Shown piece by piece: positions 54,051 to 64,000 of a stretch of DNA of 64,000 bases (its first letter is position 1; each line of letters begins with the position of its first letter). Both the position numbers and the translations under genes were made by a program. Origin of the DNA: Obrimoposthia wandeli (taxonomy: Eukaryota); the NCBI GenBank assembly GCA_977020255.1, contig CDROCS010002188.1, forward strand, positions 124,001 to 188,000, in the 5' to 3' direction. The notes beneath the pieces are model-generated. The model did no database searches, was not told the DNA's origin, and worked only from the letters and a program-made list of their open reading frames with translations.

Positions 54051-54479
54051 CTTTATATGAACTTTCAAAAATAATAAACGTGAAGTTTCCAATTGAAATG
54101 GTGTGATATATTATACAATCTGTTCGGGCATGAGAAGGCATTATAGAAGAAAATTATGTAAATATTTAAAGGAATAAAATAATTTTAATGTACGTTCTGG
54201 AATATTCATTTACTTTCGAAGTTGTATATACAGTGTGTCTGAAAATTCCTTAAAATATATTTTTGTATAACAAAACCTGAGTTAATGAATAAACAACTTA
54301 AAAGAATTGAATAATGTAGAAATGATAAAAAACCTTCGATAGACCAAGAACCAATTTCAGGGAGAAGATTTTCAAATTAAGTGTAAGTGTCTAAGTTGAA
54401 CGAATTCTCACTCTTTCAAACCGGTGTACTATCTAGAAATTCGGGATGGTAACGACGATCTCAGATTATGAAAGAAAAG

Positions 54480-54580
54480 TTAAGATTTAGCTTCACGTAT
54501 CTCTGAAAAAGTAACATTCAGTGTTGGGTTCACTGCCCACTTAGACGGGACAGTGAACAAGCACAACCTACATTTTTACA
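54480..54580 (+). mobile_element. Tc1/mariner transposase fragment
   Basis: VTFSVGFTAHLDGTVNKHN resembles VWFSDESTFHLNG.VNKHN. A TA-CAGTGTGTC TIR-like start lies at ~54230. Confidence 0.4.
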
Positions 54581-56567
54581 CAACAAAAACATTCATTTTG
54601 GAACTTGTTAGCCTTCGAGGTAGCACAGTTCATTGTTTTTGTTTCATTAGTTTGTAGTTTTAAATGAAAACAAACTTTATAATATATTTGTATATCAATT
54701 AAGAAAATGTGTTAAAATTTTAATTCAGAAACGCAATTTATAGATCTATGGCTTTATTGTGAATCCCTCTGTATATATTCCTTGCTGACGTGGGAGTTGG
54801 TGTGTTGTGTATTCTAATAATTGTTGTGTGCTAGAGCGATGAGTTTAATAATAGGGAAAATTAAAAACAAATGTATGGAAAATCAAAAAGTCAAAGAAGA
54901 AAAGTAGTCAAAATAGTATCTACTGATTTCTCATCATCAGACTGCTTCAGCACAGTTTGAATTATCCAACTATTATTTACATAACAGACACCATAAATTT
55001 ACATATCTATTTCTGTGACAAATGTGACCATACTCGATACAATTTACATTCCAATGTATTTCATTTCGAAACTTATCGTATTTTTGGTCATTATGACAAA
55101 CAGATGAAGTGTCTTTTTGCAAGATTTACAACTTCTTCTATAATTATTGAAACTTATTTTAATGTGTGAATAGTTGTCAGGCATGCGGTATCAATATTTG
55201 TAACTGTTTCCGACTTTTTGATTGGGTAACTGTAGAAAACATGGAACCATTGATAAGAACCACTTCAAATATGTACATGATCCACCTTTTTCTTCAGAAC
55301 TTATTCTAAAATGACAGTTACTTTTAAACAAATATGTTAAGACTGTTTAGCCTCAACTGTGATGAACACCAATAGGATAATTTATATGGAGATTGTCATT
55401 GAAAATTTTCATCTAATTTTGATATATTTTATAAAGTAACTCTATGGCTTGCTGAAATGATCTGAAAAATAGAAAGAAAAACAACTCATATGACATAATA
55501 GAAAAAAATTAGATAATTTCAATATATATTAAAGGTTCGTTGAAAAAATTAATTCAGACTAAAAGACAGTGATAAAAAAGAATGTCAATAACAAAATTTA
55601 ATCGCAAAAATCAATATGCATCTCTGAAACACGATTTGGCTATTATATATAAACACAATCCAATTTCCCAACTTAATAGATTTCGGGTGCTTGACGTTTT
55701 TTATTGACAAAAATGAAGAATTATAATTTATTTTTTCTTAAATATCATTTAAGCGATACATAAATCTGATTTCTTAAAAATATTTCAATTTTGTAATAAA
55801 TTAAATACAAACATCATACTCCTATCACCTTTAAGTAGTAACGTTTAGCTAAAAATGTAAAATAAAATTGTAAAATTTTGGAAAGAAATATAAGAAATCC
55901 ATTTTAATATTTTTCTCGAATTACTTTATTTTTAGTCTAATTTAATCATTTAAAATTTATGTGGTTAATATATTGAATTTGTTATTTTCTTGTTTCTAAT
56001 CGACAGTGAGATTTTAGTAGAAAACATTTATAGAATGTTTTCGTAACAATGTAAATATTTATCGAGTGATGCAAATTAATTCTGCAAAATATTTTGTTGA
56101 ATGGGTCAAAATGAAGTTAATTTTATCGAAAAACATATGAAATGCAAATTTTATGTCTATTAACATAATTTTTATAAATTGGAAAAAGTTTACAGTGAAT
56201 TACTAGGAAGTTGTAAGTTTTAATTGGTATTTTATGTATAAAAAGTTATTTCTGATGGTTATAGATAATTTTTTTCAAATTATCTTGAACATTTTAAAAT
56301 ATGGCGGATTCTTAAGGAAGATTATTTTAAAAAAGTCTTCCATAAATCGTTGAATATTGTAGCCATTTTAATTTTTCAAGAAAGATTAAATAAATAAGTC
56401 AATAGTAGAAATATGGATTATGGATTATTAAATTTTTTAAAATATTATATTTTGGATCTAAAGTTGGTTGTAGAAAGATTCTTTCTTATTTTTTGTTCTC
56501 GGTTTTAGATAACAGATTTTATTTTATCTAATGTTGAATATTTCCACTTATTAGTTAGTGTTTAAAG

Positions 56568-56804
56568 CAGCGGTTTCCAAAAGGGTCGCGTTAAAAATAT
56601 TTCGATACTTTAAATAATTTTTTTGAACATTACCATGAAAGAGTAATCTTCAAAAATTTCACAAAGCTATTTTTAAGTTAGAAATTTGTTTATTAAAAAA
56701 GCTTTTGAATTCATAAATATAATTGTGTTACTATTTTTTTATAGGCGGCGTGAAAGTGTCCCCTTTTTTACTGGGGCGCCTTCAAAAAAATTTGAAAACC
56801 GCCG
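56568..56804. mobile_element. hAT MITE, 237 bp
   Basis: TIRs CAGCGGTTTCCAAA and CGGCGGTTTTCAAA (reverse complement) match 12/14; perfect 8-bp TSD GTTTAAAG at 56560-56567 and 56805-56812. Confidence 0.92.
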
Positions 56805-57690
56805 GTTTAAAGTATGATGTATGGATTTGGGTTATTTTCTTAGAACTAGAGTTTTCCAGTTTCTTAATTTTGATTTCCATTCATTTACTATTGTTGGAAT
56901 TGATGCCAACTTGTTTTTCTCATGAATTCATTTAAGGCATCCGTAGTACTATTCGCAATAGCGCGTGGGTTACAAAATCATTTTCTTCAATGCTACACTC
57001 AGTGTCTTTACTCATATAGCTTATAAATGAAATGCAGTTTTTAAAATTAATAATATAACATATAAAATTATACTTATAGTAACGATGACTTACGATCACT
57101 CTGTATTTCTGCATTTTCTTTGATTTTAAATTATAGTGCTATAAATTACCGATACAATTGAAATTGTCTGATAACTGCAATTTCTGAATAGTCAAATGGA
57201 ATAGCGTCGAAACAAACTACTCTTAATTTGGAAGCAATTCTCTAGTATTAGCTTGGATTCTATCATATAATGACAGGCAATTATTAATAAAATCCGCTAA
57301 TGTTTAAAATTAATGACAATTATTATTTTTGAATATATATTCGCCTAGTTTAAGGTGCTGGGAGTCAATTTTAACCTAATATGTTAATTTTGTGATATTT
57401 TTTTCAAAAAATCTTTGACACAAGCCTCTCAAACATCTCGTAATTTCTTCTTTTTATTTTTGGATCTGATATTTTCCAAACGATATCACAACTCATTAAT
57501 TTTGACTTTATTGTTAAACTTTGCACACCTGAGATTGTGTTTTGTAAATCTTCGGTGTAAAAGCTGAATATATTTTTGTTTTGTCTTTAGTTCTGTTCAT
57601 TCTTAAATTTTGATTTTGATGTTTATAAAGATGTTTACAATTTCTTCTTAAAATTTAGTAATATTTTCACGCATTATAACTTCGTATTAC

Positions 57691-57828
57691 ACGTCCTAAA
57701 CTTATTCTAACTTTAAATGGGTACGATGTGTGGCTTGCTTCATTGAAGTTGCACAATTCAATAAGCATGCATAGTCGGCCATTTTTGGTAAGCAGAACTG
57801 GCGATGTGGGATGAACTAAACATTCAGT
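57691..57828 (+). pseudogene. 28S rRNA-derived fragment, copy 2
   Basis: ACGTCCTAAACTTATTCTAACTTTAAATGGGTACGA...TAGTCGGCCATTTTTGGTAAGCAGAACTGGCGATGTGGGATGAAC matches the conserved LSU core. It is the same interval as copy 1 at 12722-12852. Confidence 0.85.
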
Positions 57829-58505
57829 AATAGCGAATCATTTTCTATCTTTTTTGTTTATTTCTTTATCTTTAGGAGCATATTTAAATATGATTCTGAT
57901 GCATAAAACATTCATTTTGCAATTGATAAATTCAAAATTTACCCTCCAACTTCAATTTCTGTTTGATGTAAAAATCTATAAAGAAAAACCTTAATCAACT
58001 CCTTTTACTTTTAAAGTATTCAAAGATGTTAGAAAAGAAGTAGTTAAAAATGAATCTTTGTCAATCTTGTGTGTGGTTATTAGGGTAGTAAGTACTCCTC
58101 GGATCGAGAGTTCATAATTACACATAATTGCACAATTACTCGCGTCAAATAGACCAATTTTTTCATTCAATTATCTCCAGAAATAGGATATAATCTAACA
58201 TGGTATTCCAGGCAAGCCGCGGAATTTTAAGCTTTCGAATTATTTATTCCTCCCCGATATAGAAGATATACTTATCGTAACATGACTGCAAAAATGGAGC
58301 TAATTCTCTTTCAATGTAGTTCATAACTGGCAAATTAAAAAAGCAATTAGTGAATTTCATTCTCTAAATGTTATTCTACATCTATTCTCTAGTTATGTAT
58401 GTTTTTAACAGTTATCCGATTATCCGATCTGAAATAATTGCTTGTTACACGGTAATTTTATCTGGTCAGACGTGTGCAATAAAAATGTGAAAATCATATA
58501 TAGAC

Positions 58506-58661
58506 GAAAAGTCACGCAACCAGATGTTGTCATTCCTTATTGTTGATTGTAATTCATTTGATTTCTGCTCTCTCTGTACCCTTTATCAATTTTAGACCAG
58601 GAATCAAATGAATTACAATCAATAAAAACGAATGACAACATCTGGTTGCGTATAACTTTTC
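58506..58661. repeat. long inverted repeat (foldback), ~62-bp arms with a 30-nt loop
   Basis: 58506-58567 versus the reverse complement of 58598-58661: 57 of 62 positions identical, with one 2-nt gap. Confidence 0.93.
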
Positions 58662-60125
58662 AAAATTTTATTCTCATTAAATTATTAAATAATTTATTTG
58701 CGTTTGGCCTAGCGCGTTTTTGCCATTTGGGCTAAATTTTAAATTAAAAAAAATCGGTATCTTTTGTCAAATTCTAATCATCAATAATAAACTAATAATC
58801 TAAAAATACATTAGATAACTTTATCACTAAAATAAAGTAAATAAATTCAAAACAGTAATTTTAAATTTGAACTTAACATGAAAATCAGAGTGGTAGAATT
58901 GATATTTAAATGAATACCTATTTAGTAGATTTTCATTTATTTACCAGTTTTTTGAAAAAAGAATTTCCAATGTATCATTACGCTGTGCCTGTAGCTTGAA
59001 AATGTTCTTGGATTACGTGTTTCTTTTCATGTTTTCTTTTTAAATCATTTTTTTTAATATATGTAAAAGTTAAAGTTAGTTATTGAGTAAACGTTAAAAC
59101 TGGAGTAAGTTAAATAGGAAAATAATAATTCTTAATAGTGAAAGTGAAAAAAGTGGGCATATAAAATTGAAATTTGTGATGAAATAAAAATGTTCTCCAA
59201 CAAATTTTCCAATATGAAAGAAGAAGCAAAGTTTGAATTGAACTTTTATGTGTTAAACACTGAAAAATATCATGACAAGTCTAGGTAATAGTAAACTTTG
59301 CAGGATGTTTCTGAGTAGCGAAATGATGGAAAATTACTTGGCAGCATCTGTCTTATACTTAATTACCACCGAAAAGAGGCACACCTGAATGAAAATGGCC
59401 AGTAGTAAAACCAATAAAGCTGCACAGAAGAAATATTATAAATCGTAAGTATTCCAAAGAATTTAGGAAGAGGGCTGGGAAATTGGATGGGAATTAAATT
59501 ACTAAAAACAATTATTGCCGAATATTATTCAAAATTTGTGAGAGAAACAAAAACCGCCTCATGCAACAACAACAAAAACTCATAAAAACTTTTACATCTG
59601 AATCAAAAGATTTTATGCAAGGTAAATACAGAAACAGAAGAAGAAGTTATTCAATTTCTGTAGGCTTATCCGGACTTTGAATTCTTCAGAAATTTCTTTG
59701 ATACATTTATCCACAGATGCCAGAATTTTGTTGAAGACTAACAATGTTTTGCTTAAATCTTTTCATATATATTTTTATCCGTGCTACATTTATCATTTAC
59801 ACATTGGCACAGGTTAAGATTGTCTTTTTAGTCAGTCACAGACTGTAATAAAACAAGAATAAAAATGGGAAAGTTAAATAATTCATTGAGTCACAAGAAA
59901 TGTAGCAACATTAATGAAGTTCGCTTGCTTTGAATTGTCGCCAGCTAATCTACTTTAGGTATTTGATCCTCATAAAGTATCGTCAAGATTCTATCGCGTC
60001 ATTTTGAATAATAAATACCTGTTTTTATTTTACGAAATTGTTTTAATAACGTTCTCTCACTTTAATTTAGTTTTTTTGGTGACTTTTTACCAACTACATT
60101 TATTATGAATGTATCTTGCTTCCAG

Positions 60126-60275
60126 GCAGGACTTACAATCGTATTCCAAGTTTATCAAGACGCGTTTTACTTGATTGAACTAAGCGGCTTCGCATTCGCA
60201 GTGATAGCCGCGATGGCAGTTATCAGCTTGTTATACCTTCGATACAAGTTTCCCGACTACAACAGACCCCTCAAG
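60126..60275 (+). CDS. SLC7/LAT-like coding exon 8
   Basis: Acceptor GCTTCCAG|; AGLTIVFQVYQDAFYLIELSGFAFAVIAAMAVISLLYLRYKFPDYNRPLK; donor |GTGACC; 150 nt, phase 0 to 0. Confidence 0.95.
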
Positions 60276-60929
60276 GTGACCGCTTGTTGTTATTATTAGC
60301 AGCAGCTGTAATAGAAGAAGAAGTAGTAGTATTAAATCCCAATAAATTGTTTTACATCGATATAAAACTGAATATCTACAACTGTATCAAGAAGGAAAGA
60401 GAAATGTACAAAATAATTATTATGAAAGAAGGTTTTCTTGGAACGTTTCGGATCAATTATACATATATATATATATAAAACCTACGCTTTCTTATTTCAT
60501 TCACGAAATGGAATGGTTTCCACCTTATCAACCTGACTCATTTTCTGCTCTATTTATGTCTAATCTTTGTAAAAAGTATTACCTAAATTAGCTTTTTGTG
60601 ATCATATTTGCGTCCAATCCAGCTGATAGAACGTAGATAAGTGCATTTTTATTAGTTTCTATGTTTATATTCACTTTGGTTCTCAGTTCTATATAGATAT
60701 ATTCCACAATTTCTTTCAATGCATGTTTGTGTATGTATATGCCCATATATTTGTGGAATTGATTTTTATTTATGTTATCATTTATGTTGAATGGTTGGAT
60801 TTTGTTAGTGAGCACTTGTCATTAATTTTATTTTACTATAGGCGATGAAATTCAATTTGCTATATATGTTAATCAGTTCTCCCGAGTGTAGTATCCATAA
60901 TCACCATCACCAGCATAATCCCTATGCAG

Positions 60930-61107
60930 CTCCCCATTGTGATCCCGATCGTGTTTCTCATCGCTGATCTATTCATTGGAGGTCTCACCGTCTATCAGCA
61001 GCCTAAAGAGTCTCTGTTCAGTATTCTAATGATGCTCGCCAGTTTCCCAGTGTACGCCGTTTTCATTGGTTGGCGCCACAAACCAAAATCAATGACCCAT
61101 CTCATCA
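60930..61107 (+). CDS. SLC7/LAT-like coding exon 9
   Basis: Acceptor CCTATGCAG|; LPIVIPIVFLIADLFIGGLTVYQQPKESLFSILMMLASFPVYAVFIGWRHKPKSMTHLI; donor A|GTGAGT; 178 nt, phase 0 to 1. Confidence 0.92.
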
Positions 61108-64000
61108 GTGAGTTGGCCTATTCTCTGTCTATTTTAACTAGTCGCCTCGTCAAGTTTTATTTTTAAATGCACTATTCGATTTTATGTACCTAATCTCACG
61201 TGTAAATAAAATATTTTCGGTTTTTAATTACGGCATGTGTCAATTTTAAATGTTAAGATTTTATGCAGTTTCTATATAATTTAAATGAGATCATTCCCAA
61301 AATTGTTAACCTGTGTCATTTTACAAACAAGATCACAGTATCATCGGACACAAATATAATTCATATTACTTTAAACATTTAGTAGTATATATTTGAGTTT
61401 TTCTAATAGTAGTTGATCTAGAAAACCTTCTTAGATTTGTAACGATAAATTTGAGGAAGATGTTAATCACAAACTGCATTCCACGTCTCTGGAGATTACA
61501 ACTAAGCTAGAAGTAGTCATTATAATCGTGTCTATACACTTGAAGAATTTTGAGATAGTATCCAATTACTGCTTACAAAACCTGTGAAGAAAATTTTCCA
61601 ATTTTGAGGCTGATGTTCAGTAGAGATGAAAATGTGTACAGTAAAGAGCGAAAACAATAAAAAATCACACTTTTATCGTCACTAGAAATTAATTAAGAAC
61701 CTGCTAAGCTTTGTCGAATAATCTATAGATACCATCCGCGATATAATACGTGTAGTATCTCAAACTAGTTTGTCGCTTCATTTATGTTCAACAACACACC
61801 GATCACTCGGAATATGGGGAAATTGTTAATGGTTTCATGGGAGAAAACATAAGTTCATGGGAAAGAAATTTCACCAGAAGTTTTTCTTTGCACTCAAATC
61901 AAAGTGAGTTTCGTATTTCAAAGACTATTACAATACATGGAGATCTTTTTATATTTGAGTTTAATAATGGGAAGACTTTATTCAAAATAATTTCGATGCA
62001 CAGTGACTGTGCTATAAAATATAAAATAGAGTCGAAACCGTCAGATGTAATTCTTCAGATATGCCCCTTTCGTTTAGAATCGGATTAATTTAGATCTACA
62101 CAAAAATCCACCGAAATATCGTATTGCATGAAAATGATTAAGTATATATCAACCTATAAATGTAAATAGTGATTTAATAATTCGTTAATTATCTTTTCGG
62201 TTTTACTTAAAAAATGCAAGATCCTTCGAACTGGTCCAAAGAGATTTGATTTCTACTTTTTCGAAAAATGGACAAAAGTACATCATTCAGAAGCTTCAAA
62301 TATCAAACGAAGTTCCTTGCAAATTAAACATTTATAAATGGCAGCAACGAAAAATTATCTTGAGCAGTTAAATGAATGAGATAAATGAAATATACCGAAG
62401 AAAACAATGAAAAGCTTGTGGCTGACGAGGAAGAATTCCAATATTCAGTTATATTTGCCTTTAGGGTTTGAGTAAAAAGTGTATAATATTTCCGTAAAAG
62501 TAATAATCACTTTCTTGAAAGAATATTTTTAATTTAAAAAATCAAATTCACTCAAAATTATTACTATCTTCAAAATATTTTTAATTATATAAATAATCTA
62601 CTTAAGTTACTGGTAATTTTTATTGTTTCCTTAAGGAAAGTTTATGAGATGCGTTAAATAAAACATTTTCTAAAAAATAATCTATTTCCTTTACTTTTAC
62701 TTTTTCATGATTACTTATTTAACTTAACTTATTTAATTACCTAATATAATATCTAAAGTTTTATATTTTTTTATTTAAGATCCTAAAGGAAAAGTTCAAA
62801 TGCTAACGCATGGAATTTTCTTTTTTCCCAGAAAATATTATTATTATTCTAATTTGTGCTAAAAATCAGTATGATATTTCATTAGAATTACACTTATTCA
62901 TTTATTTCATAGAAAATGTAAAATCAAAGTTTTCGAAAAAGAAATTAATGAGTAATCACAAACATAACATAATTTTTAACTTTATAATTTATATATATAT
63001 ATGTATAATTTCAAAAAGTAATTTTATGATTGATATGCAAAGTATACCTGTAAATTCCAACAACAAAAATTGGCATCATGCAATTCTGTACATTAAATAT
63101 TAAAAATGTTATTATTATGTTATTTAATTTTTTATTTAATTAAAGGGTTTCAGGGTATTTATGATTTTAGATTAAATACAATTTTCTGCTTTATATTTTT
63201 AATTAAACGTCTAAAAAAGTTTAATAGTGTGTGACCCATCGGTTACCAGAGCAAGGTTGTTACTACTGTTAAACTTCTACATAACTACTTATCTCAGTTT
63301 ATATGATATCAGCCATTTGATCAAAGTTTCTGTGATAATACATATACACTGTAATCTGTAAATATACTTATTTATTCCACATAACTATTTACCTAGTTCT
63401 TAATTTTGTGACCGTTTGTACAGTGTATTGCCACATTAGTTAGGTTGAGGTTTTTTTTAGAAAACACAAATCCCGTTTGTGAAATACTGGTTGCATGAAC
63501 CATTTTGCCGAACCTTTTCTTAAGGAAGATTCATGAACACGGCATCAAGGCGCGTATACGCGTTTAAAGTTTTGTCTTGCTACAATATTATTCGAGCTTG
63601 TTACTGTTATGCCTAAGAAAGTAGATAACTTCAAAAACATATATCTGTGTGCATCGAGTAAACTTCATTGTAGTATCGAGTCCAGTATTAGCTATGTAAC
63701 GGTTTGTGTTTCTAGTTTAGTTTATTATGCACAACTTTGCATAAGAATGAAATGTGCTGTCTGCGCGCGAAATGTAGTGAGAAAAGATATCTACCTCCAA
63801 GTGCTTCTATGCTACCAAGGAATTCTATGTGATTCATAATTGAGAAATCCTGCAAATTGCATACTAAAGATAAACATTTACTTACATTTATAAATTTTCA
63901 AGCAAAATATCAACTCAAATGGGTTTATTGACGTTTTTGTCGTATACTATGCCCGTCATAACTTTGGCAACGTCTGTAAAAATGGGACATTAAGATTGTA

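Larger units (their letters stand above)
3625..61107 (+). other. SLC7-family L-type amino acid transporter (heteromeric amino acid transporter light chain, LAT-like) gene; 9 coding exons in window, 3' end incomplete
   Basis: join(3625-4111,10225-10350,16662-16761,27651-27695,34621-34756,42607-42710,50143-50239,60126-60275,60930-61107) = 1423 nt. All junctions are GT-AG with compatible phases and no stops. Motifs: GIIVGSGIFVSP, AELG, GGEYIYI, QPFFVGC (heavy-chain-linking Cys), AFYQGFWAYSGWNYLNFLT, NLPLAI, FGSMN, RPLK. Confidence 0.95.

Noticed and set aside
58208-58226. CCAGGCAAGCCGCGGAATT resembling the 18S CCAGCAGCCGCGGTAATT motif
   Set aside because: It needs several indels over 19 nt and the flanks do not match 18S.
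61108-61166. Read-through of exon 9 to the stop at 61166 as the true C-terminus
   Set aside because: A strong GTGAGT donor sits at the position where LAT-family genes have their last intron, and the read-through peptide lacks the T..xQKL..V(V)P-type tail.
63778-63839. Candidate terminal exon giving MRKDIYLQVLLCYQGILCDS*
   Set aside because: The phase fits and Q/L fall at the expected positions, but the acceptor lacks a pyrimidine tract and the conserved T, K and VP residues are missing. The real exon may lie beyond 64000; spliced reads are needed.

Overview
AT-rich eukaryotic genomic DNA, most likely a flatworm (planarian-like; inferred from the transporter sequence and base composition, not proven). 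The window is dominated by one plus-strand gene, an SLC7-family L-type amino acid transporter light chain. Nine coding exons (3625-61107) splice GT-AG into one open frame of about 474 codons; the expected short terminal exon was not confidently found. The region upstream of the gene and its introns (most of them 6-11 kb) are packed with transposon relics: a piggyBac with TIRs and TTAA TSD, a maT-type Tc1/mariner with intact ends, pogo/Tigger, mariner, hAT, LINE and Chapaev-like fragments, two MITEs and several tandem arrays. The most unusual items are (i) a decayed RT-RNase H whose RNase H signature resembles hepadnavirus/HEART-like polymerases, (ii) two dispersed, diverged copies of the same ~130-nt 28S rRNA segment, (iii) a ~155-nt near-perfect foldback in intron 7 and (iv) a 3-kb repeat-built composite element in intron 3. 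No tools were used. Family assignments rest on motifs recognised by eye, and relic boundaries are approximate.
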